A DNA stretch of 64,000 nt from Eledone cirrhosa. Its lineage: Eukaryota. The stretch covers positions 95,728,001-95,792,000 of the forward strand of contig OZ024745.1 of assembly GCA_964016885.1 (NCBI GenBank). The letters are read 5' to 3'. This document shows positions 23,329 to 35,750 of this stretch, piece after piece. The notes beneath the pieces were generated by a model. The model saw nothing but the letters and a program-made list of their open reading frames with translations. It had not been told where the DNA came from and searched no databases. The position numbers and the translations under genes were made by a program. The number at the start of each line of letters is the position of its first letter. Position 1 is the stretch's first letter.

Positions 23329-23541
23329 ACACAGATGCATACAAACATACATACAAATATGTTTTCATGGAAACTAAACTTATATACACTAGAGCTCCCT
23401 AGAACATGGCTGCTGTATAGGTAAACAGCTCTATTATTTGTCTAGATATGTTGTAAAATAGGGAAAGATCAACAATAAGCGATGTTACAAAAAATGCATT
23501 GTAAAATAACAAATAACCCAGAGAAAGCAGGTATTTTATAC

Positions 23542-23667
23542 TTGCTCTAAAATAGATTCACTACAGAAGTAAATGGTAGCAGAGAAACAAATAGGAGCAT
23601 ATAGCTCCAAATTATTACTTTAAATGTCATATATAGATCACATGACCCATTTGAAGAGAAAATATGT
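23542..23667 (-). pseudogene. Candidate SLC9C-like exon (S1-like TM), phase 2/2, one TAG
   Basis: Strong pyrimidine tract; HIFSSNGSCDLYMTFKVIIWSYMLLFVSLLPFTSVVNLF*S. Confidence 0.5.
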
Positions 23668-23755
23668 CTAAAACTTGGAATAAAAAGAAAGAAAACATAG
23701 TAAATATGATTGTACATCAAAATATGATTTGATAGTCCTACAAAGATGTTGATAT

Positions 23756-23759
23756 ACAA

Positions 23760-23790
<31 letters not shown>

Positions 23791-23932
23791 AAATAAAATA
23801 TATATATATATAAATAGATAAAATAAAATATATATATATATATAAATAGATAAAATAAAATATATATATATATATATATAAATAGATAAAAAAAAATATA
23901 TATATATATAAATAGATAAAATAAAATATAAA
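23756..23932. repeat. Compound minisatellite (TA)n-AATAGATAAAATAAAA
   Basis: 5 visible units. Confidence 0.9.
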
Positions 23933-24209
23933 ACAAGTTGAAATCAGAATGTAGGTAAACGAATATTGAAAATATAACATTACATGAAAGAGGATTATGG
24001 AGAATAGCCTATAATATAAATGAAAAATGTTCTCCCATGATCTCAAAATAAAAGTTAGCTTTCTGAGTCATTCCATGTAAAAAGAAGCACAAATGTACTA
24101 TTTCAACTCATTTATGCAGGCATTAAAAAATAATGTCAAAAGTTATCAAATAGAATCTGATATTTCTACTATGAGGAATTTGTTCTGATACCAAGCCAAC
24201 ACAAGGGTG

Positions 24210-24370
24210 GGGCAATGGTTGTATGGTTAAGAAGTTCTCTTTGTAACTATATGGTTCCAGATTTGATTCAACTGAGCCATACCTTGGGCAGGTGTCTTTT
24301 ACCATAGTCTAGAGTTAACCAATACTTTAAAGTGGAATTTTCTAAATGGATACTGTATGGAAGTCCATAA
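24210..24370 (+). mobile_element. Degenerate tRNA-headed SINE (third family; relatives ~23030-23175 minus, ~31197-31335 plus)
   Basis: TGGTTGTATGGTTAAGAAG head, ACCTTGGGCAGGTGTCTTTTAC core. Confidence 0.55.
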
Positions 24371-24608
24371 TAAATATATTTATACATGGATGTGTATAGA
24401 TTTCTTTGATGTATATCAGTGAAGGATATAAACTTTGGTGGGAAACCTAAATACTGGTAAGTTTTTTTGGCTGTCTCTCTGTCAGAAATGTAGAGCACTC
24501 ATGATTGGTCCAATGGAAACCTATAATCAACAAAGCTATTGTTCACAAACTGTTGGATAAAAGCAACAAAAATCATCCATAATAATACACCATGTGTATC
24601 TGTAAATT

Positions 24609-24639
<31 letters not shown>

Positions 24640-24786
24640 TTGGCATTAGGAAGGGCTTCCAGCCATAGAAAAGCAGCCAGAAACACCCCTATATGAGCGA
24701 GACACGGTCACCCAACCCAACTTGCCTATAAATGGGGCCCATTTAACCCATGCTAGCGTGGAAGATAGACGTTAATCGATGATGAT
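24640..24786 (+). mobile_element. Bipartite RTE-derived SINE 3' fragment
   Basis: TTAGGAAGGGC..ATGAGCGAGACACGGTCACC..GCTAGCGTGGAAGATAGACGTTAATCGATGATGA, matches 5590-5730. Confidence 0.8.
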
Positions 24787-24946
24787 CTGTAACTCTTTCA
24801 CATTTACACACATATACACACAAGGCATTTCCTATCTCAAAAAGAAGTTACCTTTCCAATCACAAGGTCTTGGGTTCTAAACCAACATCTGTTTCTGTAA
24901 ATAGTTATTTCTCCAAAATTACTCAAATATAACACTGTATGTCATT

Positions 24947-24979
<33 letters not shown>

Positions 24980-25105
24980 TGAACATTTAGTAATTAAGTA
25001 AATTTTTAAAATATCCTTCTTATCTTTCCTCTCATCAAGGTGTCAGTAATCAGCATAAACTATAGGGTTTCTCTTCTGCAAATTATTAATTTATCAAAAC
25101 AAAAC

Positions 25106-25216
25106 CTCCTCAGTTTGTATGATTGTTCATATATCCAGCAATCCTGGCATATATTGCATACCAATCCTTGACACCAAAAATTAAATGCATTCAATCCTGT
25201 TGTTGTAACTGGTTTA
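25106..25216 (-). pseudogene. Candidate SLC9C-like exon, open 111 bp, phase 2/2
   Basis: KPVTTTGLNAFNFWCQGLVCNICQDCWIYEQSYKLR; phases match both neighbours. Confidence 0.45.
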
Positions 25217-25376
25217 CTAGTAAATACATTAAAAAACTACATACAGACATTAATCTAAAAAAAATACATTTCAAAATGAAATGAAACATGCTGAAGCTTA
25301 CAATTTTTCATTGCTCTTTTTGATGATATTGTTATGTTTAGATAGTCCAGATCAGCCTAACATGATTACAGTAAAT

Positions 25377-25624
25377 ATATGATGCATATGGACAATGATC
25401 GTTGGGTGAAGAAGTGCCAGGGAATGCCATTGGAAGGAAGTCAGAGTAGAAGTAAACCAAGAAAGACCTGGACAGAGGTTGGGAGAGCTGATTTCAAATC
25501 ACTGAGACTCACAGAGGTGATGACAAAGGATCATGAGATGTGGAGAGATGCCATTCTGAGAAGGACCTGTCCAACCCATGCAAGAATGAAAAATCAGACA
25601 TAAAAATGATGATGATGATGATGA
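25377..25624 (+). mobile_element. RTE family A-like 3' end
   Basis: MDNDRWVKKCQ..KPRKTW..WRDA + (GAT)n. Confidence 0.9.
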
Positions 25625-26000
25625 AATGACCCTCCAAGCACTCTTGGAAAATGTATAAATTCTGAATATGCCAGCATTCATTTGGTCTGAGATCACACTA
25701 CATTTTCCACTTAAACATACTACAGTTGACTATGGGATGCATGTTGCATTCACTTTCATATAATGTCTATATATGTTTAATTCTCTTGGAGTAAACATGT
25801 CAAGTGGGTACAATCAGTGTGTACAATAATGATTCTCCACTGAAAGTAATTGGTAAGAATTCTGACAGAGTTTGTAAATTAATGTAATTAATAATTTGGT
25901 ATGTAAATATTTTTCAAGTTTGTATTATGTATGTATGGACTCATAACTCTTAATGTAGTCCCCAGTGTGCCATCATTGCATACAACATGTCTTAGGCACT

Positions 26001-26229
26001 TTAACCCTTTAGCATTTACATTTCTTTATATCTACTATTGTATTTTTACAGTAAACATTTTATTTTGTACAATAATTATCTTACATAATATCGAATCTAT
26101 GAGATTTTGATATTATTTATTGAGAACAATACCTTGACATAAGTATGAGTGGCTGGTTACAGCCGGTTTGAACAGAAAGAGGTGAGATAATTCTGGCCGA
26201 TACGGCCGGTTTAAATGCTAAAGGGTTAA
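26001..26229 (-). mobile_element. piggyBac-type MITE with intact TTAA TSD
   Basis: TTAACCCTTTAGCATTTA..TAAATGCTAAAGGGTTAA. Confidence 0.92.
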
Positions 26230-26819
26230 ATCAGGCAGAAACCACCCTCTCTCCAAGTCTGAGCAAAGCTGATTCCTTCTAGAGAGAGAGAGAGAGTGAA
26301 AGATTAAGGAAGAATCAACCCCAAGTACTGGATTGGTACTGTTTTTTTTATCAACTATGAAACTATAAAAGGTAATTTGATGTAAACAGGATTTGAGCCC
26401 CAAGATCTGGAATGAATACCATATAGTATTCAATCTGGCATTCTAATGGCCAATTAACCATATTTGTTTCATGTTTACTTATGTTTAAATTGTTAAAGTG
26501 TGCATGAAGATGATTGTATCAAAATTCGAAAATATCATATATAGCAGTGCTGCTTGTCTTTTATTCTCTAGAGTTGGTGTAAATTAATGGCTAGTACTGT
26601 TGGTGGTCACTTATATTCCACTAGATAGGTGACTCCCAAACTAACTTAGTTGTGAAACCTTTATATGATTGTCTAAACATCGTAGAACTCTTAATTATAC
26701 TTTATGGACAATCCTCCAAATCCCAATTTTAATAAGCCATTAAGTGGAACAAAAATTGTTTTAAAATGAGATTTTGTTTATCACCATGAACATTATTGTG
26801 ATTTAACATGATTTTTTCT

Positions 26820-27170
26820 GTAACAAGGATTGGATGGGTGCAGGTTATTATAGCGAAGGAGGTAGTCCTGTATTTGACAGAACTGAACAGTCCTCTTGTC
26901 CCTTTGTTTGGCTAGTTTTCTATGACTAGATATCCTTCCTGTCACTAACCACTTTACAGAGTGAACTGGGTGAGCTTTATCATGTCCATATTAAGACAAG
27001 AGAGGTTTTAATGTCCTTGATACAACTGAAGTCCTCTCATCCCTTTTTGGTATGGTTTCTACAGCTAGATGCCCTTCCTATCACCAACCACCTAAAAGAG
27101 TGTACTGGGTGCATTTTTCATGACATCAATACTAGAGATGCTGTTGTGTCATAACTGAAGGATCTTCTCT
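26820..27170 (-). mobile_element. Degenerate element with two tandem ~140-bp RTE 5'UTR modules
   Basis: Units ~26882-27024 and ~27024-27165 resemble the reverse complement of 10960-11045. Confidence 0.6.
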
Positions 27171-27867
27171 ACTCTATAATAGATGATATGGTGTGGTAGA
27201 GTGATGGGATGGGGGAGATAAGAGGGATACTAAATATGTTATGGCTAAGAGAAAATAGGTGGGTGGAGGAGGAGGAGGATGTAGTGGGATTCAAAGAGCT
27301 GTGAGAAAGTATATCATAGGCATATGACAACTGTAGTGGAATTTGACAAGGTGGTGAGAGGGTGAGGGGTGATCTCAGATAGTGTGGGCAGTACTGTTAT
27401 GAGTGTGAACAGTTATAAGGATTTAGAATGGGTGAAGGTGATTCAGGAGAAACCATGCTCTCAATACACACTGTAAAGTGGTTGCCATTAAGAAAGGTAT
27501 CCAGCTTTTGGGAAATACTACTTATGATATGTTGATAAGTAAGAAACAACAAATTAATTAATATAAAATAATTTAACTCCAGAAGTTTCTGAGAACCAAT
27601 TTAAGTAAACATTAGAAACTGGAAGGCCATGATTTTATGGAGTCACTTGACCTATGCTTTTCAGCAGTCAGAATCTACTTTTGTATGAAGTCTTATAAAA
27701 GGTGAATAATAACTTTGTCTTGAATCTTAGAGAAAATTAATAAAGCAGAATGGTCATAGCTAGAATAAAGAAAAATTTCCCCTCAAACTATTTTTGTGTT
27801 ATAAACCCAATGAAGCAACTGAACAACAAAGAATTTACTTAGAACACTTTTCTACATTTTTTGCTAT

Positions 27868-29516
27868 GTCATCATCATCATTATCACCGTTTTACGTCCG
27901 TTCTTCCACGCTAGCATGGGTTAGACGGGTTGTCCTGTTGTGGGCAGTGTCTGGTCGGCTGACCATGCCTTGCTCATACAGGAACTGATCTGGCTTGATT
28001 TCTACAGCTGGATGCCCTTCCTAACACCAACCTCATTTACAGTGAGTGCTGGGTGCTTTTTCGTGGCGCCTACACGTCCACTTTACAGTGTGGGCTGGGT
28101 GCTTTTTGCCGTGGCACCTCCACGACCACCTTGCGGTGGGGGGGGGGGGGGCATATTGTTTATATGCTTCAGCATGTACCCATGGGAGGTCGGGTACCCT
28201 GTATTACTGCGTGACGCCAGAAGTCACGGTCGTGTGTCATTGACTTTGAGAGGTGTAGTTGGGTAAGGTCGGCTTTTATCACCTCATCCCAAGTCATCTT
28301 GGGTCTCCCCACTCCGCGGTTTCCATCAACTTCTAGTGCTCTGCACCTTTTTATGCAGCTGTCATCCTTCATACGCATCACATGTCCATACCAGCATAAC
28401 CGCCTCTCCTGCACGCAGCATTTGATTCCTCTTATGCTCAGTCTCTCTCTCAATTCCTTTATCTTTGTCGTTCACGTATATTACTGTTACACATCCATCG
28501 GAGCATGCAGGCTTCGTTTCTCTCTAATCTACGTAAGTCTTCCACCTTCAGCGCCCAGGTCTCACTACCATGCAACATCGCTGTTCGGATACACGCATCA
28601 TACAGTCTGCCTTTCATTCTGAGGGAGAAGCCTTTTGCAGCTAGCAGTGGTAGTAGTTCCCTAAACTTCTTCCATCCCGTTCTTACCCTAGTTATTGTAC
28701 TTTCTGAGCACCCACCTCCGTTGCTAATTCGGTCACCTAGGTAGCAGAAGCTGTCTACTGTTTCTACAGGGCCCTCCCAGAGATTGGTGGTACTTGTTTC
28801 CTGTGGCTGTTTGCTTGCTGTTTCAGCACAGCTGCTGCATGTGAAGCCTACATTCTTAATTAAGCTTCCTGAGATCCCGCTACATCTCTTGTGTACCCAT
28901 TGTTTGCATTTGGGGCAGAGAATGGAGTTCCTACCTACACCTTTCCTACATACTGAGCAAGGCCATTTCCCTGAGGGGATCTGGGTTCTGTTTTCTCGTC
29001 TACTTATAAGGACCTTAGTCTTTGTCATGTTGACTTTGAGGCCCTTTCTCTCTAGTCCCTGCTTCCAGGTTTGGAATTTATTCTCTAGTTCTACCATAGA
29101 TTCAGCTATGAGTGCGAGGTCATCAGCATACAGGAGTTCCCATGGGCATCCGGTCTTAAACTCCTCCGTTATTGCCTGCAGGACTATGATGAACAGGAGA
29201 GGGCTAAGAACAGAGCCCTGGTGGACCCCAACCTGTACGCTAAATTCCTCGCTATACTCATTGCCAATCCTAACTTTGCTGACTGCTCCCCTATACATGG
29301 CTTGTACCGCTTTCACAAGCCATTCATCTACTCCTAGTTTTCTAAGAGCCCACCAGATTACTGCACGTGGAACTCTGTCAAAGGCTTTCTCAAGGTCGAC
29401 AAATGCCAAGTAGAGTGGCTTACTTTTAGCTAGGTACTTTTCCTGTAATTGCCTCACAAGGAAGAGGGCATCAGTGGTGCCTTTCCCTGGTACAAACCCA
29501 AATTGCATCTCATCTA
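27868..29516 (-). mobile_element. 5'-truncated RTE LINE (family C) with long modular 3'UTR
   Basis: RT+PHD ORF 28459-29515, frameshifted C-terminus 28169-28453, 3'UTR with 5'UTR-like module and (GAT)n tail. Confidence 0.95.
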
Positions 29517-29533
29517 TAATTATACTAATGTAC

Positions 29534-29702
29534 CTGAAGGGTTCACTTAATTCAAATTTGAAATAATAATAATCTTGCATTTTTTTAAATGCTTCTTTAA
29601 CTTTTAATAACATGTAATGATTTAGCAGAAAATCTCTCAAAACAGGTTCATTAATTTATATGTTTATAATATATTTAATAGTGAACAGATAGTTGTGAAA
29701 AT
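29534..29702 (-). pseudogene. Candidate SLC9C-like exon, one TAA
   Basis: ctgCAG acceptor, CAG|GTACAT donor; FHNYLFTIKYIINI*INEPVLRDFLLNHYMLLKVKEAFKKMQDYYYFKFELSEPF. Confidence 0.5.
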
Positions 29703-29854
29703 CTGCAGACTTAAATGTTTCATGTGATACATTTATAGTGATGTTTTGTACTTTGTAGTATTAGAGCAAAGAATTTGTAAAGTGATGTAATCATAGAGAT
29801 GTTTCATACTTTTCAAGAATGTCTTGTTAATGTGGTTTTATATGGTACAGGGTG

Positions 29855-30083
29855 TTACTCCTTTAACATTTAAACTGGCCATATCCGGCCAGAATTCTCT
29901 TACCTCTTTCTTTTCAAACTGGCCGTAACTAGCCACTCATACTGATGTTAAGGTATTGTTCTCAAAATAAATAATATCAAAATCTCATAGATTTGATATT
30001 ATGTGAGATAATTATGTGAGGCAAAGCCTTTACCATGAAAATATAATAGTAAATATAGAGTAATGTAAATGCTAAAGGGTTAA
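29855..30083 (+). mobile_element. piggyBac-type MITE
   Basis: Family consensus and TIRs. Confidence 0.88.
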
Positions 30084-30404
30084 GAGTTAATTATTTGAAG
30101 TGATAAAATAAAGTTGAGTATTGAACTCCAAATGTTCTTATCTCTAACTTTTGAAGTTCTGAAAAGTTTCAAAGTTACAACAATATTATATTTCAATTAT
30201 AAAGGCTTCATAAATTAATTCCTATCTTATGAATTTTCTGATGATAAAAATACTCAGTGATGATATTGTCCACACTGATTTAGACTTTCAATTAAATAAC
30301 AATTGCTTAACATCTAATGTCTTTATATATGTGTCAGTCAGATTCCTGAATTGAATTAAGATTTCATATAAAGCTTAGACAAAAAAAATCAATTGCAGAA
30401 TCAC

Positions 30405-30543
30405 CTTTTAATAGTATTCTTTCAGTGTTGGTGCCTGAGTAATAATATATGTACAAAATTCAGTGTCTGGCTGAATTAATTTCTGAAGTTTAAGCAAGTC
30501 AACAAAAAGTTTTCTTTGAAATAAGTACTATGTATTTTCTCTA
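30405..30543 (-). pseudogene. Candidate SLC9C-like exon, two stops
   Basis: ttttttccattgcTAG acceptor, AAG|GTGATT donor; YLFQRKLFVDLLKLQKLIQPDTEFCTYIITQAPTLKEYY. Confidence 0.5.
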
Positions 30544-30686
30544 CTAGCAATGGAAAAAACTTTAATAATTCTAAAGTATAACAGATTATTAAAGACAATC
30601 TTGGGCCAAAAACCTCCAACTTTTAATTGGAATAAACTTACATGTTCTGAAATAAGTCAGAAATAAATATTTCGTGACAAGTATTT

Positions 30687-30892
30687 TTAACCATTTTTCA
30701 TTTAAACTGGCCATATCTGGCCAGAATACTCTCACCTCTTTCTGTTCAAACTGGCTGTAATCAGCCACTCATTCTGTTAAAATATTGTTCCCAAAATAAA
30801 TAATATTAAAATCTCATAGATTCAATACTATGTGAGATAATTATGTGAGGTAAAGCCTTTACCATGAAAATATAATAGTAAATATAGAGTAA
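30687..30892 (+). mobile_element. piggyBac-type MITE truncated by an adjacent SINE
   Basis: Family consensus, right TIR missing. Confidence 0.8.
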
Positions 30893-31198
30893 TTTTCATT
30901 TTACGTCCGCTATTTCTCTGATTGCAAGGGTGGGACGGGAACTGATTTTGGCTTGATTTCTACAGCTGGATGCCCTTCCTAACACCAACCTCATTTACAG
31001 TGAGTGCTGGGTGCTTTTTTGCCGTGTCACCTCCACGACCACTTTGCAGTGGAATGATATGGACTGCAGTCCCTATCATCTCATTTCTGCAGCTGAGTAA
31101 ACTGGAGCAATGTGAAATAAAGTGTCTTGCTCAAGGAAACAACACATCACCCGGTCTGAGAATTGAACTCACAACCTTTCGATTGCAAGGCCAATGTG
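30893..31198 (-). mobile_element. SINE family A
   Basis: Near-identical to 1413-1719. Confidence 0.9.
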
Positions 31199-31330
31199 CC
31201 TCCATGACTATATGGTTAAAATGTTTACTTTGCAGCCATGTGGTTTTACATTGTATCCCAATGCATGACATCTTGGATGTCTTCTAATATAGCCTCAAGC
31301 TGAATAAAGCATTGTAAATGATTTTGATAG

Positions 31331-31926
31331 AGATGACTACGTTGGTATGGTCACGTGATGCGCATGAAAGACGACAGCTGTATAAAAAAGTGCAGGGCGA
31401 TAAAAATTGATGGAAGTTACGTAGTAGGTAGACCCAGAAAAACCTGGGACGATTTGATAAATTCAGACCTTACACACTTACACCTCTCTAAGACAATGTC
31501 AATGGACCGGGATCTTTGGCACTACGCAGTAATACAGAAAACCCGCCTTGCCTAAGTACAAAACGAAACCTACAGTCAGTAGGCACCTCTTAATCAAATA
31601 TACACCCCCCTCCCACTCCCATCAACACCACCCCTTTCTCTGTAAAGTTATGTTGGTACCACAACATCCAGTCCGAAATAAATGAGGTTGTGTAGGTGTC
31701 ACGAAAAAAAAAAACACAGTCCATGCTGTAATGTGGCCGTGTAGGTAACACGGTAAAAACCTCCCGGTCCACACTGTAAACGTGGTTGGTGTTAGGAAGG
31801 GTATGCAGTCGTAGAAAACCTGCCAGACAGTGCCATACGAGCGAGACAACCAATCTTGCCTCAAGCGGGACAATTCCCGTCTAAACCCATGCTAGCGTGG
31901 AAGGTAGACGTTAAACGATGATGATG
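31331..31926 (+). mobile_element. RTE family B 3' end with long 3'UTR
   Basis: Matches 3330-3900. Confidence 0.93.
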
Positions 31927-32186
31927 TTGAGCTGTAAGGAAATCTATCATGTGTTTGTCTTTTCTCTTTACATGTAGGAATATTGCTGTTCCACATAAAA
32001 ACAGATCCCACTGCTAAGTGATTAAATGTCCAACGATCTATACTTTACTTTATAACAAGTGTTGACATCAAGAAGGGTATCTGACCATAGAATTCCAGCT
32101 CAAAAATCTCATCCAACTCACACCAACATGGAAAAACTAATAGATTAAAATATAAAAATAAACTATGGAAGATATTGATTGTAGAT

Positions 32187-32782
32187 ATCATCATCATCAT
32201 CGTTTAACGTCCATCTTCCACGCGTGCATGGGTTTGGACGGGAGTTTTCCCACTTGAGGCAAGAGTGGTTGTCTTGCTCGCATAGGACTGTCTGGCGGGT
32301 TTTCTACAGCTGGATGCCCTTCCTAACACCAACCACATTTACAGTGTGGACTGGGAGGTTTTTACCGTGTTACCTACACGGCCACATTACAGCGTGGACT
32401 GTGTGTGGACTGTGTGTTATTTTGTCATGACACCTACACGACCTTGTGGTACCAACATAAGTTTACATTGAAAGGGGTGGTGTGGATGGGGTGGGCGTAG
32501 TATGACGGGGTGTATTTTGTTAGAGGTGCCTACTGACTGTAGTAGATTTCACTTTGTACTTAGGTAAGGCGGGTCTTCTGTATTACTGTGTAGCGCCAAA
32601 GATCTCGGTCCAGTGACATTGTCTTGGAGAGGTGTAAGTGTATGAGGTCGGAATTTATCAAGTCAACCCAGGTTTTTCTGGGTCTGCCTACTCCGTGGCT
32701 ACCGTCTATTTTTATTGCCCTGCACTTTTTTATACAGCTGTCGTCTTTCATGCGCATCATGTGACCATACCAACGTAGCCTT
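32187..32782 (-). mobile_element. RTE family B 3' end, inverted relative to 31331-31926
   Basis: Reverse complement of the same segment with a similar 5' truncation point. Confidence 0.93.
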
Positions 32783-32869
32783 CAGTAACCTGTATTATGT
32801 TTTAGACATTACTAAGAAATAAGGCCGATAAATCATTTTAATCATTTTTTTTTGTTTGTATAATATTAC

Positions 32870-32992
32870 ACAAAACTGTATTTCTTATACCAGAAATACT
32901 GCCAGCAACTGAGATAGTATAAATGTGTTAATATAACAATATAAGCCATGTTGACACAGAAATGTTTCATGCAATATTCATAATGTATCATA
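32870..32992 (-). pseudogene. Candidate SLC9C-like exon (last NHE TM helix)
   Basis: KHFCVNMAYIVILTHLYYLSCWQYFW; acceptor not visible (abuts (ATT)n). Confidence 0.45.
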
Positions 32993-33451
32993 GGCATCAT
33001 CATTATTATTATTATTATTATTATTATCATTATTATTATTTCAGCAGTCTTATTTTTTATTGTATGCTTTAACTGCACAACTGTGCAGAGCTGTGTCTGC
33101 CTTGGGTACATATAATGTTTTGTTTTGTTCTTATTTTATTATAGTGAAAGTTCTCTCTGTAATTTGAAAGCAGTATGTAATACTCTTATTTTCTGTATCT
33201 TGTCCATATGTATGAGTCCAGAGGTTTTCTATTTCTCCGCATTATTTTTCATTTTTTTTTTTATCATTCCTATTTCTGATATTATAAAGATTGATCCTGC
33301 TTTCAGTTTTCACATTCTATATATCTCTATTCCCATATAATTATATTTATTCATGCTAGCAGGGAAAGTGGATGTTAAAATGATGATGATGATTCTATTA
33401 CTGAATTCAATCATTCAACTGTAACCATTTTGAGCTAGCATCTTCAAAGGT

Positions 33452-33545
33452 TTAACCTTTTAGCATTTAAACTGGCCATAACTGACTGCTCATACTGATG
33501 TCAAGGTATTGTTCTCAAAATAAATAATATCAAAATCTCGTAGAT
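33452..33545 (+). mobile_element. piggyBac-type MITE, left part
   Basis: TTAACCTTTTAGCATTTAAA.. interrupted by (TA)n cluster. Confidence 0.7.
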
Positions 33546-33604
33546 AATAATGTATATAATATATATATATATATAGTTATGCAATAAACAACATAAGATA
33601 ATTA

Positions 33605-33667
33605 TTTCATTTACCAGAGGTTTCTTGAAGACAGATATTTATGTCTGTCTTCAGTCATCAGAAGAAA
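33605..33667 (-). ncRNA. Type I hammerhead ribozyme
   Basis: Minus: TTTCTT-CTGATGA-C-TGAAGACAGA(cataaata)TCTGTCTTCA-A-GAAA-CC(tct)GG-TA-AATGAAA; GUA site. Confidence 0.75.
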
Positions 33668-33742
33668 AGCTCTGTAGCCTACATAGAGCACTCTCTTTTC
33701 CTTTACCTTTCCTACTGATATACTTCATATATATATATATAT

Positions 33743-33946
33743 ATAGGAACAAGTAGGACCCTGACGGCTGAGCTCAAGCCGTTTCGACGGCTAATTCAGG
33801 ACATTTTTAGTCCAGAATTAGCCGTCGAAACGGCTTGAGCTCAGCTGTCGGGGTCCTACTCGTTCCTATTACCCACTCTACTACCCTAAGTATTGAGTAC
33901 TTTGGTGCGTTATGGTCCACTTGGTTCCTTACCACATTTCCTTCGT

Positions 33947-33950
<4 letters not shown>
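33743..33950 (+). mobile_element. Fold-back element: 60-bp inverted repeat containing a 3' half hammerhead
   Basis: Arms 33743-33802/33810-33869 (4 mismatches); GAAA 33827-33830, stem III, GTC 33847-33849; flanked by (TA)n. Confidence 0.7.
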
Positions 33951-33983
<33 letters not shown>

Positions 33984-34256
33984 ATATATATATAAAAGAG
34001 TCAGGACCCTGACAGCTGAGCTCCTGCTGTTTCAACAGCTAGTTCTGAGATATATATATATGTATATATATTACCTTTTGTATTCAACCGACCAACAAGG
34101 AAAATAATTTTTATTATTATTAATCATTATTATAATCATCTCTAAGCCCCATGAGCCTCAGATGCATAGAAGAGTGTTTATCCTTGTGTGTGCATAAATA
34201 TTACACATAGGATATGTATTACTAATACTATTTTTTATAAGTTTTTGACTGTATGT

Positions 34257-34469
34257 TTAACCCTTTAGCATTTAAACCAGCCATATACAGCCAGAATTCT
34301 CTCACCTCTTTCTGTTCAAACTGGCCATAACTTGCTACTTATACTTATGTAAATAAATAATATCAAAATCTCATAGATTCAATATTATGTGAGATAATTA
34401 TGTGAAATAAAGTGTTTACTGTGAAAATACAATAGTATATATAGCATAATGTAAATGCTAAAGTGTTAA
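34257..34469 (+). mobile_element. piggyBac-type MITE
   Basis: TTAA TSD, TIRs. Confidence 0.9.
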
Positions 34470-34928
34470 ACTAGTAATAATTCCCAGTTATGAGGGCAAT
34501 CTTTACAATTGTCCCTTTACATGCATATATCTTTGTCTTAATAGTTTCTTGATCTCATATTAAGCTTCTGTTCAGAAAGAGCTAATATAAGATATTCTTA
34601 CCAAACCTAATCTTTCATATTAATGCCTGATTAGTTTGGATAATTTATCTATTCATTTGTTTTCAGTGGTAGTTTTTGGTTAGGTGTTTACGCCAATTGT
34701 TGGCTATTTTAATTTGGTGCTGTTTACAAATTACACAATGAATGTAACTACCTACGCAATTATGTTTGTATGTATATTATAACTTGGTCAAGTATGGAAA
34801 GACTGAGACAGCATAATAGATTACTTCCAGATTTTTAGAACAATGGTATTTTATTCATATAATCAGTCTACCTCTTATTAAGAATAATGATCAGTGTAAG
34901 CAGATAATTCAATATAGTGTGAGTAATT

Positions 34929-35225
34929 ATCTATATATAAATTTGAGTGACTCCCGTCCGTCTGTCCATCACACAATGTGTGTATATGTTTGTGGGAATG
35001 TATGAGTGTGTAAAAGGTAGGAAGGGGCTGGTGAAAAAACTATAGTAAAACAGCAGCTGGCGTTCTATTTGCTACAGTTTGTGAGTGTATGTGGATGTGT
35101 GTGCTTGTGTAAATGTATGTCTGTGAGTGTGTATTTTTGTAAGTGTGTATGTGTTTGCGAGTTTATATTTATATACTCATACATATAAATGTATGCATAT
35201 GCACATACACACACATAGACATTAG
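34929..35225 (+). mobile_element. Possible non-autonomous Helitron 5' portion
   Basis: A-TCTATATATAAA start followed by CCGTCCGTCTGTCC and TG-rich body; no 3' hairpin/CTAG recognised. Confidence 0.3.
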
Positions 35226-35490
35226 TGTGTTGAAAACAATCCTAGACTAATAAACTGCTTGGAATGGTTTGAACCAAAAATTCATTAATTTGGACCAATA
35301 TAAACAATACAAAGGAATATTAATTGTTAAGAAATAATGAGAAAGCCTGAACAACTTTAGGGGGTGGAAATGAAAAGATATGAGGTTTGCTGCTTCCCAC
35401 CAAAGACATTAATGATGTAATCAAGGCAAAATAGCTTCTATTGAGAATCATAACCAGATTGCCATTTTAGGTAGCTGGAAATCACAATAA

Positions 35491-35750
35491 TCACCATCAT
35501 CATTTTACGTCCGCTTTTCCCTGCTTGCAAGGGTGGGATGGGAACTGATTCTGGCTTGATTTCTACAGCTGGATGCCCTTCCTAACACCAACCTCATTTA
35601 CAGTGAGTGCTGAGTGCTTTTTTCCCATGGCGCCTACACGTCCACTTTACAGTGGAATGATAGGGACCCCAGTCCTATCATCTCATTTCTACAGCTGAGT
35701 AAACTGGAGCAATGTGAAATAAAGTGTCTTGCTCAAGGAAACAACACATC
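35491..35750 (-). mobile_element. SINE family A, head missing
   Basis: Near-identical to 1409-1670. Confidence 0.9.

Noticed and set aside
24852-24894. Minus-strand micro-exon
   Set aside because: Sequence resembles a decayed SINE head and is not needed for phase continuity
28459-29640. 393-aa ORF as a host-RT fusion protein
   Set aside because: The N-terminal ~40 aa come from a putative exon plus intron read-through into a 5'-truncated LINE; TTG start just after a stop; chance frame continuity
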